Of a stretch of DNA of 64,000 nt, positions 1 to 9,654 are shown in pieces. How positions within the stretch are numbered: the stretch's first letter is position 1; the number at the start of each line of letters is the position of its first letter. The stretch spans positions 2,304,001 to 2,368,000 of the forward strand of contig OZ243956.1 of NCBI GenBank assembly GCA_965214405.1. Direction: 5' to 3'. The notes below the pieces were generated by a model that saw only the letters and a program-made list of their open reading frames with translations, made no database searches and was not told the DNA's origin. The position numbers and the translations under genes are program-made. Source of the DNA: Trueperaceae bacterium (lineage in GTDB: Bacteria > Deinococcota > Deinococci > Deinococcales > Trueperaceae).

Positions 1-135
1 AGGTGAAGCTGAGGGTGCCGGGCCGACTCACACGGTTTCTGAATTTTCCAAGTCGGAACTGTTTTAATAGGCTCGAGCAAAAATAACAGTCGTGGGTGCA
101 AAGAGAGCTTAGAATAAATTTCTAAGGAGCTTACG

Positions 136-456
136 GTGGGACTTTGGGCGGAACTAAAACGGGGCGTTGGAACCTTGAGGAGGCGCAGCCAAGAGGCCAC
201 GGACTACGCCAAGCTGCGCCTGGACAAGGCGGCGCTCGTCCGTGAGCAGTCGGACTTGCTCAAGCGTTTGGGGCGCGAGGTCCTTGCGCTCCACCGCCGG
301 GGCGTGGAACTGCCCGAGGCGCTGTTGCCGCGGCTGGAAAAGCTCGAGCGTTTGAATGCGGAAATTGGGCGCAAGCAAGACGACATCCAGCGTTCGGCTT
401 TGGAGGCGCAAGGGAACATCCATCAAGACGTACCGCCCCTAGAGGTTGACCGTTAA
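136..456 (+). CDS. hypothetical coiled-coil protein
   Basis: AAGGAG RBS before GTG; 106 aa, helical and charged; overlaps the murJ start. Confidence 0.65.
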   Translation: MGLWAELKRGVGTLRRRSQEATDYAKLRLDKAALVREQSDLLKRLGREVLALHRRGVELPEALLPRLEKLERLNAEIGRKQDDIQRSALEAQGNIHQDVPPLEVDR

Positions 457-2008
457 GGCGAGAGCCGCCCAAGCCGACAGCACCCCACCGCGCCGCAGGA
501 GTTCGCGCAACGCCCTCACGCTCATGGGGGGCACGTTGGGGAGCCGCGTTACCGGGCTCTTGCGCAGCGCGGTTCTTTTTCAGTTTTTTGACAAGGGTCT
601 TACCGACGCCTTTTTGGTGGCGTTGCGGATTCCTAATTTGTTCCGCGAACTTTTGGCCGAAGGCGCGCTGACGAATGCGTTTGTGCCCATTTACAAGTCG
701 CTGAGCCCGCTGGAGGCGAAGCGGCTCTCGAGCGCGCTCCTCAGCCTGCTGCTGCTGGTCAACAGCCTGCTGGTGCTCTTAGCCGTCTGGGCGGCTCCCT
801 GGATTGTGGACTTACTTTTGGGGAGCGGCGGCAACATCAACCGTGAGCTTACGGTGACGCTGACTCGCATCGTCTTTCCCTTTCTGACAGCCATTTCCCT
901 TTCGGCGCTGGCGATGGGGATTCTCCAAGCGGAGGAGCGTTTCTTCGCGCCCGCCTGGGCGCCCGTGGCGCTCAACGTGGTGACGGTGGTGCTGATGCTG
1001 CTCTTTCCCGGTCAGGCCGTTCCCCTGGCGGTGGCCTTTGTGCTGGGCGGCGTCGCGCAGTTTGCGGTTCAGATTCCGAGCCTCGTCAGGAGCAACTTGC
1101 TACCCAAGCTGGGCGCGTGGTGGCACCCGGAGCTCGCCGCGGTGCTCGTCCTCATGGGACCTTTTACGTTCACCACGGGGGCGCGGCAGTTCCTCAACTT
1201 GGCGGCGGTGCGGGTGCTCGACGCGCTGCCCGACGGCAGCGTGACGGCTTTCGAGGGGGCCAACTTGTTCATGAGCCTCGCGCTGGGGCTCTTTAGCATT
1301 TCGCCCGCGCTGGCGTACTACTCGAGGCTCAGCGCCGACGCCGTGGGAGCACCCGAAAGCTTTCCCAAGACGCTTCTTACGGGCGTCAAACTTATCTCCT
1401 TTTTGACCGTGCCCGCGGGCGTCGCGCTCCTCTTGCTCGCCGCGCCCGCAGTGCAGAGCGTCCTTAACTGGATGAGCGCGGTGCGTCCTACAGGCGGGAT
1501 GGAGCCCGCGGTGGTGCGGCTGTCTGTCCTCGCGCTCGCGCCCCTCGGGCTAGCGGTGTTTCCGGTGGGGGTCTCGAACCTCCTCATCCGCACCTTTTAC
1601 GTGCGCCGCCGGATACGCACGCCCGTCATCATCTCATTCGTTTTCATCCTGCTCAACGCGCTGCTCTACTTCGTGCTGGCCCGCCCCCTGGGTATCGCCG
1701 GGCTCTCCTGGGCCACCGTCGTCGTCGGCTGGCTGCAATTTGTCACGCTGCTCCTTGTCGTGTCGCGTATGGAGCCCTTCGACCTGCCCGCCTTTTTATC
1801 GCACGCCCTGCGCGTTTGGCTCGCGGCGGGGGTGGCGGCGGGGGTTACGGGGTTTGCGCTTTGGTGGGTGCCCTTTCCAGCGGGATGGTGGGGGTTCTTG
1901 GCGCAGGCTTGTCTCGGCCTCGGGGTGCTGGGGAGCGTCTACGCGGGGATGAGCCTCCTGCTGGGCTTGCCGGAGTTGGCGGGGCTGCGGGGGCGTTTTC
2001 GGCGCTAG
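446..2008 (+). CDS. murJ: lipid II flippase MurJ (MviN)
   Basis: SRVTGLLR and DAFLVALRIPNLFRELLAEGALTNAFVP motifs; many TM segments. Confidence 0.93.
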   Translation: MTVKARAAQADSTPPRRRSSRNALTLMGGTLGSRVTGLLRSAVLFQFFDKGLTDAFLVALRIPNLFRELLAEGALTNAFVPIYKSLSPLEAKRLSSALLSLLLLVNSLLVLLAVWAAPWIVDLLLGSGGNINRELTVTLTRIVFPFLTAISLSALAMGILQAEERFFAPAWAPVALNVVTVVLMLLFPGQAVPLAVAFVLGGVAQFAVQIPSLVRSNLLPKLGAWWHPELAAVLVLMGPFTFTTGARQFLNLAAVRVLDALPDGSVTAFEGANLFMSLALGLFSISPALAYYSRLSADAVGAPESFPKTLLTGVKLISFLTVPAGVALLLLAAPAVQSVLNWMSAVRPTGGMEPAVVRLSVLALAPLGLAVFPVGVSNLLIRTFYVRRRIRTPVIISFVFILLNALLYFVLARPLGIAGLSWATVVVGWLQFVTLLLVVSRMEPFDLPAFLSHALRVWLAAGVAAGVTGFALWWVPFPAGWWGFLAQACLGLGVLGSVYAGMSLLLGLPELAGLRGRFRR

Positions 2009-2015
2009 GGCAGCG

Positions 2016-3248
2016 TCAACCGGCCAATCTGGCGAGCGTCCGCGCGAGGGTCTGCACACCCTTTTCTATGGCCTCCGGCGCGCTGTATTCGTCGGGCCGG
2101 TGCGAGACGCCGTTTTTACAGGGAATGAAAATCATGCCCACCGGGCACACGCGCGCCATGAACAAGGTGTCGTGGTAGGCGCGGGAGACCAGGTGGAGGG
2201 TCTCGAGCCCCCCCTCCCCAGCCGCCGCTTCGGTCGCCTCAACCACGCCCGCGTCACAGGTCGCGGGCGGGTCGGCGTTGATAACGTCAACCTGCGCCTC
2301 CACACCGCGTTTTTGGCTGATGGAAGAGACGGCCTCTCTAATTTTTGAGACCGCACGGTCACGGCGCCCTAAGTTCGTATCCCTAACGTCCACCGTCATA
2401 AACACCCGGCTGGGGATACTGTTCACCGCGCGCGGGTACACGTCGAACATGCCGACGGTGGCGACGGTGTCGGGACTCCCGCTCTCCACCGCGGCTCTTT
2501 CAACGGCCCCCGCAATCTCAGCCCCGGCGACGAGCGCGTCTTTACGCCCCGGCATCAGCACCGCCCCCGCGTGGCCCCCCTCACCCGTCAGCGTGAGGTG
2601 CAGCGTGGCGGGCGCGGCAATGGCGGTGATTACGCCGATGGGGATGTTCTTTTGCTCGAGCACCGGCCCCTGCTCGATGTGAAGTTCGACAAAGGCGTGA
2701 TAGTAGCCTTTGGGAAGCGCCACATCCTCGAGCCGCCCCTCAAACCCCACCTCTTTACGCGCCTCGTCGGGATTTTTCCCCTCCTCATCTTTGAGACGCC
2801 GAACCGCCTCCGGGGTGAGGGTTCCGGAGAGGACCCTCGAGCCCAAACAGCCCACCCCAAAGCGCGTGGGCTCCTCGGCGGTAAATAGAACAAGCTCTAA
2901 AGGACGTTTTGGTGTGAAACCCGAAGCTTTGAGCGCGCGAATCGCCTCCAAACCTCCAAGTACACCCACGGTGCCGTCATAGCGGCCCGAATGCGGGATG
3001 GCGTCGATGTGCGAGCCCGTCGCCACGGCGGGCAGGTCGGGTGAGCCCCAACGGAAAAACGTGTTACCGAGCGCGTCCGTGCGGACGCTCAAGCCTGCCT
3101 CCTCGGCGAGGCTCGAGAGGTAAGCCCTGGCCGCCATGTCCTCTTCGCTGTACAGAATTCGCGTCACCGCCGGGGCAGGGGCGCTGCTAAAGGTGGCTAA
3201 GCGGGCGAGTTCTGTTTCGACTCGAGCCTGGTTGACGTTTAGTTCCAT
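2016..3248 (-). CDS. M20 amidohydrolase, probable ureidoglycolate amidohydrolase
   Basis: GSHIDA, EEPTRFGVGCLGSR, ELHIEQG, GHAG and SRAYHD motifs; downstream of and co-oriented with the allantoin genes. Confidence 0.8.
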   Translation of the reverse strand: MELNVNQARVETELARLATFSSAPAPAVTRILYSEEDMAARAYLSSLAEEAGLSVRTDALGNTFFRWGSPDLPAVATGSHIDAIPHSGRYDGTVGVLGGLEAIRALKASGFTPKRPLELVLFTAEEPTRFGVGCLGSRVLSGTLTPEAVRRLKDEEGKNPDEARKEVGFEGRLEDVALPKGYYHAFVELHIEQGPVLEQKNIPIGVITAIAAPATLHLTLTGEGGHAGAVLMPGRKDALVAGAEIAGAVERAAVESGSPDTVATVGMFDVYPRAVNSIPSRVFMTVDVRDTNLGRRDRAVSKIREAVSSISQKRGVEAQVDVINADPPATCDAGVVEATEAAAGEGGLETLHLVSRAYHDTLFMARVCPVGMIFIPCKNGVSHRPDEYSAPEAIEKGVQTLARTLARLAG

Positions 3249-3259
3249 CTAACTTTTGG

Positions 3260-3547
3260 TCATAACATATTTGGCACGCCTGGATTATAAATAACCCAAG
3301 TCAAAGGCCCTACCGCTACTGCGTTACGCAACTTTTTCGCTGTACTTGTACACGGAGTCTCAATAACGCGGTCCGGCTTCTTCTCGAGAATTACCGCTTG
3401 CAGGCGCTCCACCGTGGCGGGAGCGAAAAGCTGTTCGCCCGTCTCTTCATCGACTCGAGCGGGTACGTTCTCCACAACGTAAAACTGCCCGTTGTGCTCG
3501 AGCGTGTAGGTTACGCGTCTTTCTACCAGTCGGCCCTCGTTCATCAC
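3260..3547 (-). pseudogene. YgiT/MqsA-N-like small antitoxin-type protein, probable frameshift near the C-terminus
   Basis: YVVENVPARVDEETGEQLFAPATVERLQ motif; the family-like end VYKYSEKVA* lies in a shifted frame after ETP. Confidence 0.6.
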
Positions 3548-3640
3548 GACCTCCTTACTTTGAAATCAATCCACCGTTCAGGCTCAGGTTCATAGACCGT
3601 AATCACCTTCTTCTTGGCTTTTAACGGTTCGATAAGTCGT
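3544..3640 (-). pseudogene. 3' remnant of a DUF4258-like toxin gene
   Basis: Minus strand reads KVITVYEPEPERWIDFKVRRS*, with the stop overlapping the start of the YgiT-like gene; no 5' part is visible. Confidence 0.55.
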
Positions 3641-3697
3641 ACAACGCTGTCAATGAAGCGCCAGGGCATACGTGCGGCGGGTAACTATGTTTCTGTC

Positions 3698-4747
3698 CTA
3701 AGTACACGACAAAAGCCGAAAACAGCGGTCCAGGTCAGGCTTTTTGGTTGCCGAGTTGGTGAGCAGATGCCTGAGATGGTCTAAGCCTGCCCGGAATAAA
3801 GACTTCTGCTTGCGCCCGTGCGACTTCATTCGAACAGGTTTGAGCTGACGGTGAACAAATGCTCCGACTTTCAAGGCCCATAAGAAAGCCAGGGTCACAA
3901 CGACAAGTAAGGTGTTAATGCGCTCTAGGTGCTTGAGATGCGTAGCTTCAAAGTCAAAGCCGCTGCTTTTCAAGGCTTTGAACAAGCATTCTATCTGCCA
4001 GCGCTTCGCGTAGCTTGCGAGGGCCTGCTTAGGATTGCGGTTGGTGACGACGATGATGTATTCTCCACCCTCTAAACGCGCGCCTGCAACCCCAAGCTCA
4101 ACACCAAAGACAGTGTAGCGCTGTTTAAGTACCTTGTGCTCACCCACAGGTAGATGCTGGAAAAAGCCGAACAGATGAAACCAGCCATCACCGAGAGCGT
4201 CTTTACGCACGCGGATAACGAAAGGGATGTGCTTACGCTCAAGATAAGCGAACCAGTCGCCCCCGATGAACTCCCTATCGGCTAGCAGCACCTCTAGCTG
4301 GTCTACGGGCAAAAGTTTTAGCAAACGCTCCAAAAGCGTAATGCGTTCTTGCGTGGCGGAGTTGCCAGCCTTGGGCAAAAGACACCACAGTAAGGGAACC
4401 GCTACGCCCTCATGCGCATAAGCCAGGGTCAAGATGTTGATGTCGAGTTTGCCAAACTTCCAGTTCGTCCGGTCTAGGCACAGGCTGTAGCTTCGCTTGG
4501 GACCTAGACTCAGCGCGTACCTGAAAACTGTCTCATCGGCCAAGTGCAAGCCTTGGAAAAACCGTTGCGCCCGTCTGTAAAGCGAGTCCGGCTGGGCTCT
4601 GCCCTCCATCATGCCTACCAACGTCGCCAAGTTCACCGTCTTTGCCTGCACCATCGCGATCATCAACAAGCTCAAGAACTTAAGCCGTGACGGGTGCAGC
4701 TTTAAGCCGCTCGCTTTCAACTGTGCCAGCAACCCGGTATGCTTCAT
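3698..4747 (-). CDS. IS4-family DDE transposase
   Basis: LDRTNWKFG, ADREFIG and YAKRWQIECLFKALKS motifs; stop codon inside the TIR; start placed at MKHT after a GGAG RBS. Confidence 0.92.
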   Translation of the reverse strand: MKHTGLLAQLKASGLKLHPSRLKFLSLLMIAMVQAKTVNLATLVGMMEGRAQPDSLYRRAQRFFQGLHLADETVFRYALSLGPKRSYSLCLDRTNWKFGKLDINILTLAYAHEGVAVPLLWCLLPKAGNSATQERITLLERLLKLLPVDQLEVLLADREFIGGDWFAYLERKHIPFVIRVRKDALGDGWFHLFGFFQHLPVGEHKVLKQRYTVFGVELGVAGARLEGGEYIIVVTNRNPKQALASYAKRWQIECLFKALKSSGFDFEATHLKHLERINTLLVVVTLAFLWALKVGAFVHRQLKPVRMKSHGRKQKSLFRAGLDHLRHLLTNSATKKPDLDRCFRLLSCT

Positions 4748-4827
4748 ATGCTCTCCCTTGAAGTGGTGTCTCGCAACATCCATTCTTCACTGGAGAGCCC
4801 TTTATTTCAAATCTGTCGTGTACTGAG
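3698..4827 (-). mobile_element. IS4-family insertion sequence
   Basis: Terminal inverted repeats CT(A/C)AGTACACGACA; 9-bp target duplication GTTTCTGTC at 3689-3697 and 4828-4836. Confidence 0.93.
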
Positions 4828-4862
4828 GTTTCTGTCCATAAATTTATTCGGCGGTATTACTT

Positions 4863-5342
4863 TTATTTGTTCACACCAAGGGCTTGCTCTAAGAGAGTCC
4901 AGTTGTTTTTGTAACTTTTCATCTCATCAATTTTGGGGTGATATCTCGCACGTATCCACGTCTCCGGGTCACCTCCCTCAAAATATTCAAAGATGACTTT
5001 TGAAGGTACGAGAAATACATCCGGTGACTCTTCAAAATTCCTCAAATCAACCAGTGCGAACCAGAGATTTAAGTGATTGATTCTCGCAGAATTCCAGCCG
5101 ATATCCCATTCATAGTGATGTGGAGCTTTCTTGACTCCCCGTCCGCGGGTCCGCATTGCCCAAGCGGTAGTTTTCACTTGAATCGAAACTCCGCGCGAGC
5201 CGTCAAGCGTACTGACAAGGAGATCGGGGCCTGCGACATTCCGTGTGGTAGGAACAGCATGAAATCCCAGATACGCGAGACGCGCTACGACGTAATGCAC
5301 GCCAGAGACTCCTGTGAGTTGGCTGTTCCGAGATTCCGGCAT
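4863..5342 (-). CDS. small PD-(D/E)XK superfamily nuclease-like protein
   Basis: GPDLLV...SIQVKTT pattern; lower GC than flanking genes. Confidence 0.65.
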   Translation of the reverse strand: MPESRNSQLTGVSGVHYVVARLAYLGFHAVPTTRNVAGPDLLVSTLDGSRGVSIQVKTTAWAMRTRGRGVKKAPHHYEWDIGWNSARINHLNLWFALVDLRNFEESPDVFLVPSKVIFEYFEGGDPETWIRARYHPKIDEMKSYKNNWTLLEQALGVNK

Positions 5343-5410
5343 GTTCCCGCTCCTCGTCTGCTTACGTTACCGAACGAGTAATTACACCGAATAAGAGACG
5401 TGTAAAACTC

Positions 5411-5671
5411 TTACACAGTTTGGGTAAACTTTACCTCTGCTTTCCACTCGTCCCCAGTCATGTCAAAAAAGGCAATGCCGAGACATAAGACGTAACGGAC
5501 GAATTCGAAGCGCTCCATGTTTGAAAGCTCAGCGGCTTTGCCACTGGAAAGGAGGTCACAGCGGTAAAGCGCTAAGACCATGAGTTCGTGGGCTGACTGC
5601 TCGAGGGACTGGTTAAAGCCTTGCAACAGTGCCGCAAGGTTTTGTGGAAGGTCGAGTTTGAGAGTTTGCAT
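5411..5671 (-). CDS. UPF0175-family (antitoxin-like) protein
   Basis: LALYR..LSSGKAAEL..MERFEF motif; TAAACT 6 nt upstream of ATG. Confidence 0.7.
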   Translation of the reverse strand: MQTLKLDLPQNLAALLQGFNQSLEQSAHELMVLALYRCDLLSSGKAAELSNMERFEFVRYVLCLGIAFFDMTGDEWKAEVKFTQTV

Positions 5672-5739
5672 AGCCGTAGTTTAGCGCAAAACCTAAAATT
5701 AAGGCAGCGGGTCAAACGTCACCTTCAAGTTGTTGAAAC

Positions 5740-6267
5740 TCACTTTTTCAACCTTTTAACAGCACTTTCAGATGTATTAAGCGCCATTGCAATGTGAAAG
5801 TCATCAACGCCCTTGGCTTTCAAATCCGCAACAACTTGCCATCGAATGTTGACGACATTGCTCCCATCGTAGTAAGCCTCTAAAGCGTCGCCACCTTTGA
5901 GGAGGAGCGCCGCGTAGTATTCTTCAGCGGTTCGGCTGTATGAAAGTGATGCGAGTTTGGCTCCGCGTGTTGAGTAAAAGCCGAGTAATGAAGCTACCAA
6001 GCCGAGTAAGGAGTAAATAAGGACCCGCTCGTCAGGTGATTTTGTCCCAAGTGCTGACCGAAACTTGTCGGTAAAAAAATGGAGTTGTTCCTTGTGATCA
6101 TCATGAGTATCAATACTATTTATCTCGATGCTCATCTTCTTCGCAACCTTTCGCAGCCACTGGTTTCTGCTACGGTCGAAGTTTTCTGAGCTCGCGGTAT
6201 AATGTGCCTTCTCACCTAAGAAGCGGCGTAGCACAAATTCGAAAAGTATCGGTTTATCTAGCATCAC
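5740..6267 (-). CDS. hypothetical protein with C-terminal HTH-like segment
   Basis: 175-aa low-GC ORF with an AAGGTGAG RBS; C-terminal DLKAKG...IAMALNTSESAVKR. Confidence 0.6.
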   Translation of the reverse strand: MMLDKPILFEFVLRRFLGEKAHYTASSENFDRSRNQWLRKVAKKMSIEINSIDTHDDHKEQLHFFTDKFRSALGTKSPDERVLIYSLLGLVASLLGFYSTRGAKLASLSYSRTAEEYYAALLLKGGDALEAYYDGSNVVNIRWQVVADLKAKGVDDFHIAMALNTSESAVKRLKK

Positions 6268-6330
6268 TTACTCACCTTCAGAACCTAGTTCCGGAATTGA
6301 GTCCAGCAACTGCATCAAATATATCGCTTC

Positions 6331-7086
6331 CTAACTTTCCCTCTCAAACGCCAGCGGGTCGCGGTTCGTCTCCTTGTAAAGAAGATATTTGGCGGGCTCT
6401 TTGCCCAACGCCCCAAACCACTGCGGACAGTACGGCCCCATCCACAGCACGTCGCCCTGTTGAATCGGATGCCAGTCAGCGCCCAAGCGGTAGACGCCGC
6501 CGCCGGAAAGCATCAGCATCCCATGCTCCATCACGTGCGTTTCGGCGAAGGGGAGGGTGGCGCCGGGTGCGAAGGTCATGGTGTTGACGGCCATATCGAA
6601 GCTCGGGATGTCCGGCAAGAGCTTTCTGACAGTCACGCCCTCGTCGCCCAGAAAAGCCTCGCCTTGAACGTCCGCTTCAGAACCCCAAACGACCTGCGGC
6701 GTTTGCGCGCCCTCGAGCCCCACATAACGCCTCTCGAAAAGCGTGAGCACGCTCTTCCCGCTCGAGCCCAGCGTGTGAGGCGTGTCGGGCGGAAGGTAGA
6801 GGTAACCGCCCGCGTTCAGATTCCCTCGCGTGTCGCCTGCGCTGAACTCGAGCCCCCCCTCCTCCACAAAGACAAAGCGCTCGACGCCCGGCAAGGGTGG
6901 ACCGCTCGAGCCGCCGGACCCCAACAGCGCGCGGTACTGCATAAAGCGCGCGCCCATTTGCGGCGAGATGAGGATGACGCCCTGCGCCCCCCACCAGCCG
7001 GGTAGAACGGTCTGCACGTGCCCGTCGGGCGCGACGAACGCGTAGTGAGGGGTGAGGCGGGTGCGGGTCGCGCCGAGATGGTTCAT
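6331..7086 (-). CDS. allE: (S)-ureidoglycine aminohydrolase
   Basis: Bicupin; ETHVMEHG and WMGPYCPQWF...YLLYK motifs. Confidence 0.92.
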   Translation of the reverse strand: MNHLGATRTRLTPHYAFVAPDGHVQTVLPGWWGAQGVILISPQMGARFMQYRALLGSGGSSGPPLPGVERFVFVEEGGLEFSAGDTRGNLNAGGYLYLPPDTPHTLGSSGKSVLTLFERRYVGLEGAQTPQVVWGSEADVQGEAFLGDEGVTVRKLLPDIPSFDMAVNTMTFAPGATLPFAETHVMEHGMLMLSGGGVYRLGADWHPIQQGDVLWMGPYCPQWFGALGKEPAKYLLYKETNRDPLAFERES

Positions 7087-8435
7087 GAGGTTCGCTCCTG
7101 GGGTTTTAGGAATCTGCCGCGGTGGTCCGTCACGTCACCATTCGCAAAAACCGTCCGGCCCCGCACCAGCGTGCGCCGCACGCGGCCCCGGAAGGTCTCG
7201 CCCAGGTAGGAGCTCACCTTGTGGCGGCTCAAGAGGTCGTCTGTGCTGAGGGTGTGGGTACGGGCGAGGTCTACGAGGGTGAGGTCGGCGTCGAAACCGG
7301 GCTCGAGCCTCCCCTTGCCCGCGATTCGGAAGCGTTCGGCGGGAGCCGTAGAGGTGAGGCGGGCGATTTTTGAGAGGGGAAGGCCGTGGGCAAGTCCGTC
7401 TGTTAGGAGAACGTTAAGCGTACTCTGCACCCCCGCAATCCCGCCCCAGACCTCAAAGAAATCCTCCCGCTCTTTCAAGTCCGGCGGCGACGGTGAATGG
7501 TCCGAGGCAATAAAATCCACCTCACCGCGTAAAACCGCCTCCCAGAGCGCGGCGCGCTCGTTGTCTGAGCGTAGCGGCGGCGCGCATTTGGCGGGCGCGC
7601 CCAAGCGCAGCAGGTCTTCGTCCGTAAAATGCAAATAGTGCGGGCAGGTCTCGCAGCTCACGCGCACGCCGCGGTCTTTCGCGTCGGCAACTAGGGCCAC
7701 GCCTCGAGCGGTGCTCACGTGGACGATGTGCAGGTCCGCGCCCGTCGCCTCGGCGAAGAGGAGGGCGCGGCTTACGGCCTCGAGTTCCGCCACCGCAGGC
7801 CGCGTGGCGAGGTAGTCGCGCGCGCCCTTGCCCCCCACCGCGCGGATTTTCTCGGTAAAGCCCCGTGTCAGCGCCTCGCTCTCCGCGTGGACGGCGACGG
7901 GTAAGCCGAGCTGCGCAGCCATCTTCATCCCCTCAAAAAGCGTGAGGTCGTCGGTGGCCTTGAAGTCGTCCATTCCACTGTCCGACATAAACGCCTTGAA
8001 ACCCACCACGCCGAGTTCGGCCAAATCGGGCAGGCGCTCCAGGTTCTCCGGCGTGAGCCCGCCCCAGAGGGCGAAGTCGGTTAGAGACGAGGCTTCCGCC
8101 GCCGTCTTTTTAGCCAAAAAGCTTTCGCGGTCTAGGACGGGGGGGCTCGAGTTGAGCGGCATGTCGAAAAAGAGTGTGCCGCCCCCCGCCGCGAGCGCGG
8201 CGCTGCCGGTGGCGAACCCTTCCCAGTGCGCGCGCCCCGGCTCGTTAAAGTGGACGTGCGCGTCGATGAGGCCGGGGAATACGTGGAGCCCCGACGCGTC
8301 AAGTTCTTCGCTGGCGGCTCCGGTCAGCTTGGGCGCAATCTCAGCAATCACGCCGTCCTGGACGGTTATGTCGGCTTGCACCAGCCCGCCCGGTGTGACA
8401 AGCGTGCCGCCTCGGATGATGAGGTCACGAGGCAT
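7083..8435 (-). CDS. allB: allantoinase
   Basis: DAHVHFNEPG, DMPLNS, ETCPHYL, KCAPPLR and SDHSP motifs. Confidence 0.93.
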   Translation of the reverse strand: MPRDLIIRGGTLVTPGGLVQADITVQDGVIAEIAPKLTGAASEELDASGLHVFPGLIDAHVHFNEPGRAHWEGFATGSAALAAGGGTLFFDMPLNSSPPVLDRESFLAKKTAAEASSLTDFALWGGLTPENLERLPDLAELGVVGFKAFMSDSGMDDFKATDDLTLFEGMKMAAQLGLPVAVHAESEALTRGFTEKIRAVGGKGARDYLATRPAVAELEAVSRALLFAEATGADLHIVHVSTARGVALVADAKDRGVRVSCETCPHYLHFTDEDLLRLGAPAKCAPPLRSDNERAALWEAVLRGEVDFIASDHSPSPPDLKEREDFFEVWGGIAGVQSTLNVLLTDGLAHGLPLSKIARLTSTAPAERFRIAGKGRLEPGFDADLTLVDLARTHTLSTDDLLSRHKVSSYLGETFRGRVRRTLVRGRTVFANGDVTDHRGRFLKPQERTS

Positions 8436-9654
8436 AACGCGCGCCCAAGATTTCTAAAAAACGCATGACCACCCCCAGCGCCACCGCCACGTCCTCCACC
8501 GTCACCGTCTCGTCCGGATGATGCGACAGCCCGTTGGGCGAGCGCACAAAAAGCATCGCGGCGGGCAGGGCGGCGGCTACGATTTGCGCGTCGTGGCCCG
8601 CGCCGCTAGGGAGCATCGGCGCACCGCCGCTCGCTTTGTGAAGAAGGCGGGTCAAACCTTCGTCCAGCGGCGTCGCCGCCTGCGACATGAGGGGGTGCCA
8701 GTAAATCAACAGCCCCCGCCCCGCCGCCACTCTTTTTGCCTTTTCATAGAGCGCCGCCACTGCCCGTTCGCGTACCCCATCATCCGCATGACGCACGTCT
8801 AAACTCAGCGTCACGCTGCCGGGAATGACGTTGATGGCTCCCGGTTCGACGTTAAGCCGCCCCACCGTCGCCACGAGCCCATCAACTTCCTTCGCATAGG
8901 TCTCGACTTCCAACACAAACGCGGCGGCACCCGCCAGCGCGTCCCGCCGCCCCGCCATCGGCGTGGTGCCCGCGTGCCCGGCCTGGCCCTCGAAGGTTAA
9001 AAGCGCGCGGCTCGAGCCCACCACCGCCTCCACTACCCCTACGGGCCTACCCAGCGCCGCCAGCTTGGGACCCTGCTCGATGTGAACTTCAAGAAATCCA
9101 ACAATTCCCCCCCTTAACAAGGGGGGGCTAGGGGGGGATTTTGCCAACTCACCGGGCTTCCCCCCAAAGTCCCGGATAACCTCACGCATCGTCACGCCCT
9201 GCTCGTCGGTAAGCTCGAGCCACCCCGCCTCAAAACTCCCCGTCAGCGCCCGGCTCCCCAAAAAGGGCAACCCGAAGCGCACCCCCTCCTCCTCGGAAAA
9301 GCCCACCACCTCGAGGGCGAAAGGTAGACGCTTTCCCTCGAGCACTTCCACCGCCGCCAGCCCTGTAAGCACGCCCAGCACGCCGTCGTAGCGGCCCGCG
9401 TTCTTGACCGTGTCCAAATGCGAGCCGATGAGCAGCGCGGGTGCGTCCTTTTCAGAACCCTCGTAGCGCCCCAAAAGGTTGCCGACGGCGTCCACCCGCA
9501 CCGCCATTCCCGCCGCTTCCATCCAGTCACATAAGGCGGCGTGAACGTCGTGCATGGGCGGGGATAAAAAAGTGCGGGTGAGGTTTTCGGGGGTTTCGCT
9601 CATCACGCCTAACGCGTCGCAGCGCGCCAGGAGTTCGCTCGCTCGAGCGTGCAT
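8425..9654 (-). CDS. allC: allantoate amidohydrolase
   Basis: GSHLDTV, EEEGVRF, EVHIEQG, GHAGT and SGAGHDA motifs; ATG overlaps the uraH stop (TGATG). Confidence 0.88.
   Translation of the reverse strand: MHARASELLARCDALGVMSETPENLTRTFLSPPMHDVHAALCDWMEAAGMAVRVDAVGNLLGRYEGSEKDAPALLIGSHLDTVKNAGRYDGVLGVLTGLAAVEVLEGKRLPFALEVVGFSEEEGVRFGLPFLGSRALTGSFEAGWLELTDEQGVTMREVIRDFGGKPGELAKSPPSPPLLRGGIVGFLEVHIEQGPKLAALGRPVGVVEAVVGSSRALLTFEGQAGHAGTTPMAGRRDALAGAAAFVLEVETYAKEVDGLVATVGRLNVEPGAINVIPGSVTLSLDVRHADDGVRERAVAALYEKAKRVAAGRGLLIYWHPLMSQAATPLDEGLTRLLHKASGGAPMLPSGAGHDAQIVAAALPAAMLFVRSPNGLSHHPDETVTVEDVAVALGVVMRFLEILGARYAS
9103..9140. repeat. small palindromic element inside allC
   Basis: CCCCCCCTT-AAC-AAGGGGGGG hairpin (9107-9127) followed by CTAGGGGGGGATT. 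Confidence 0.7.
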
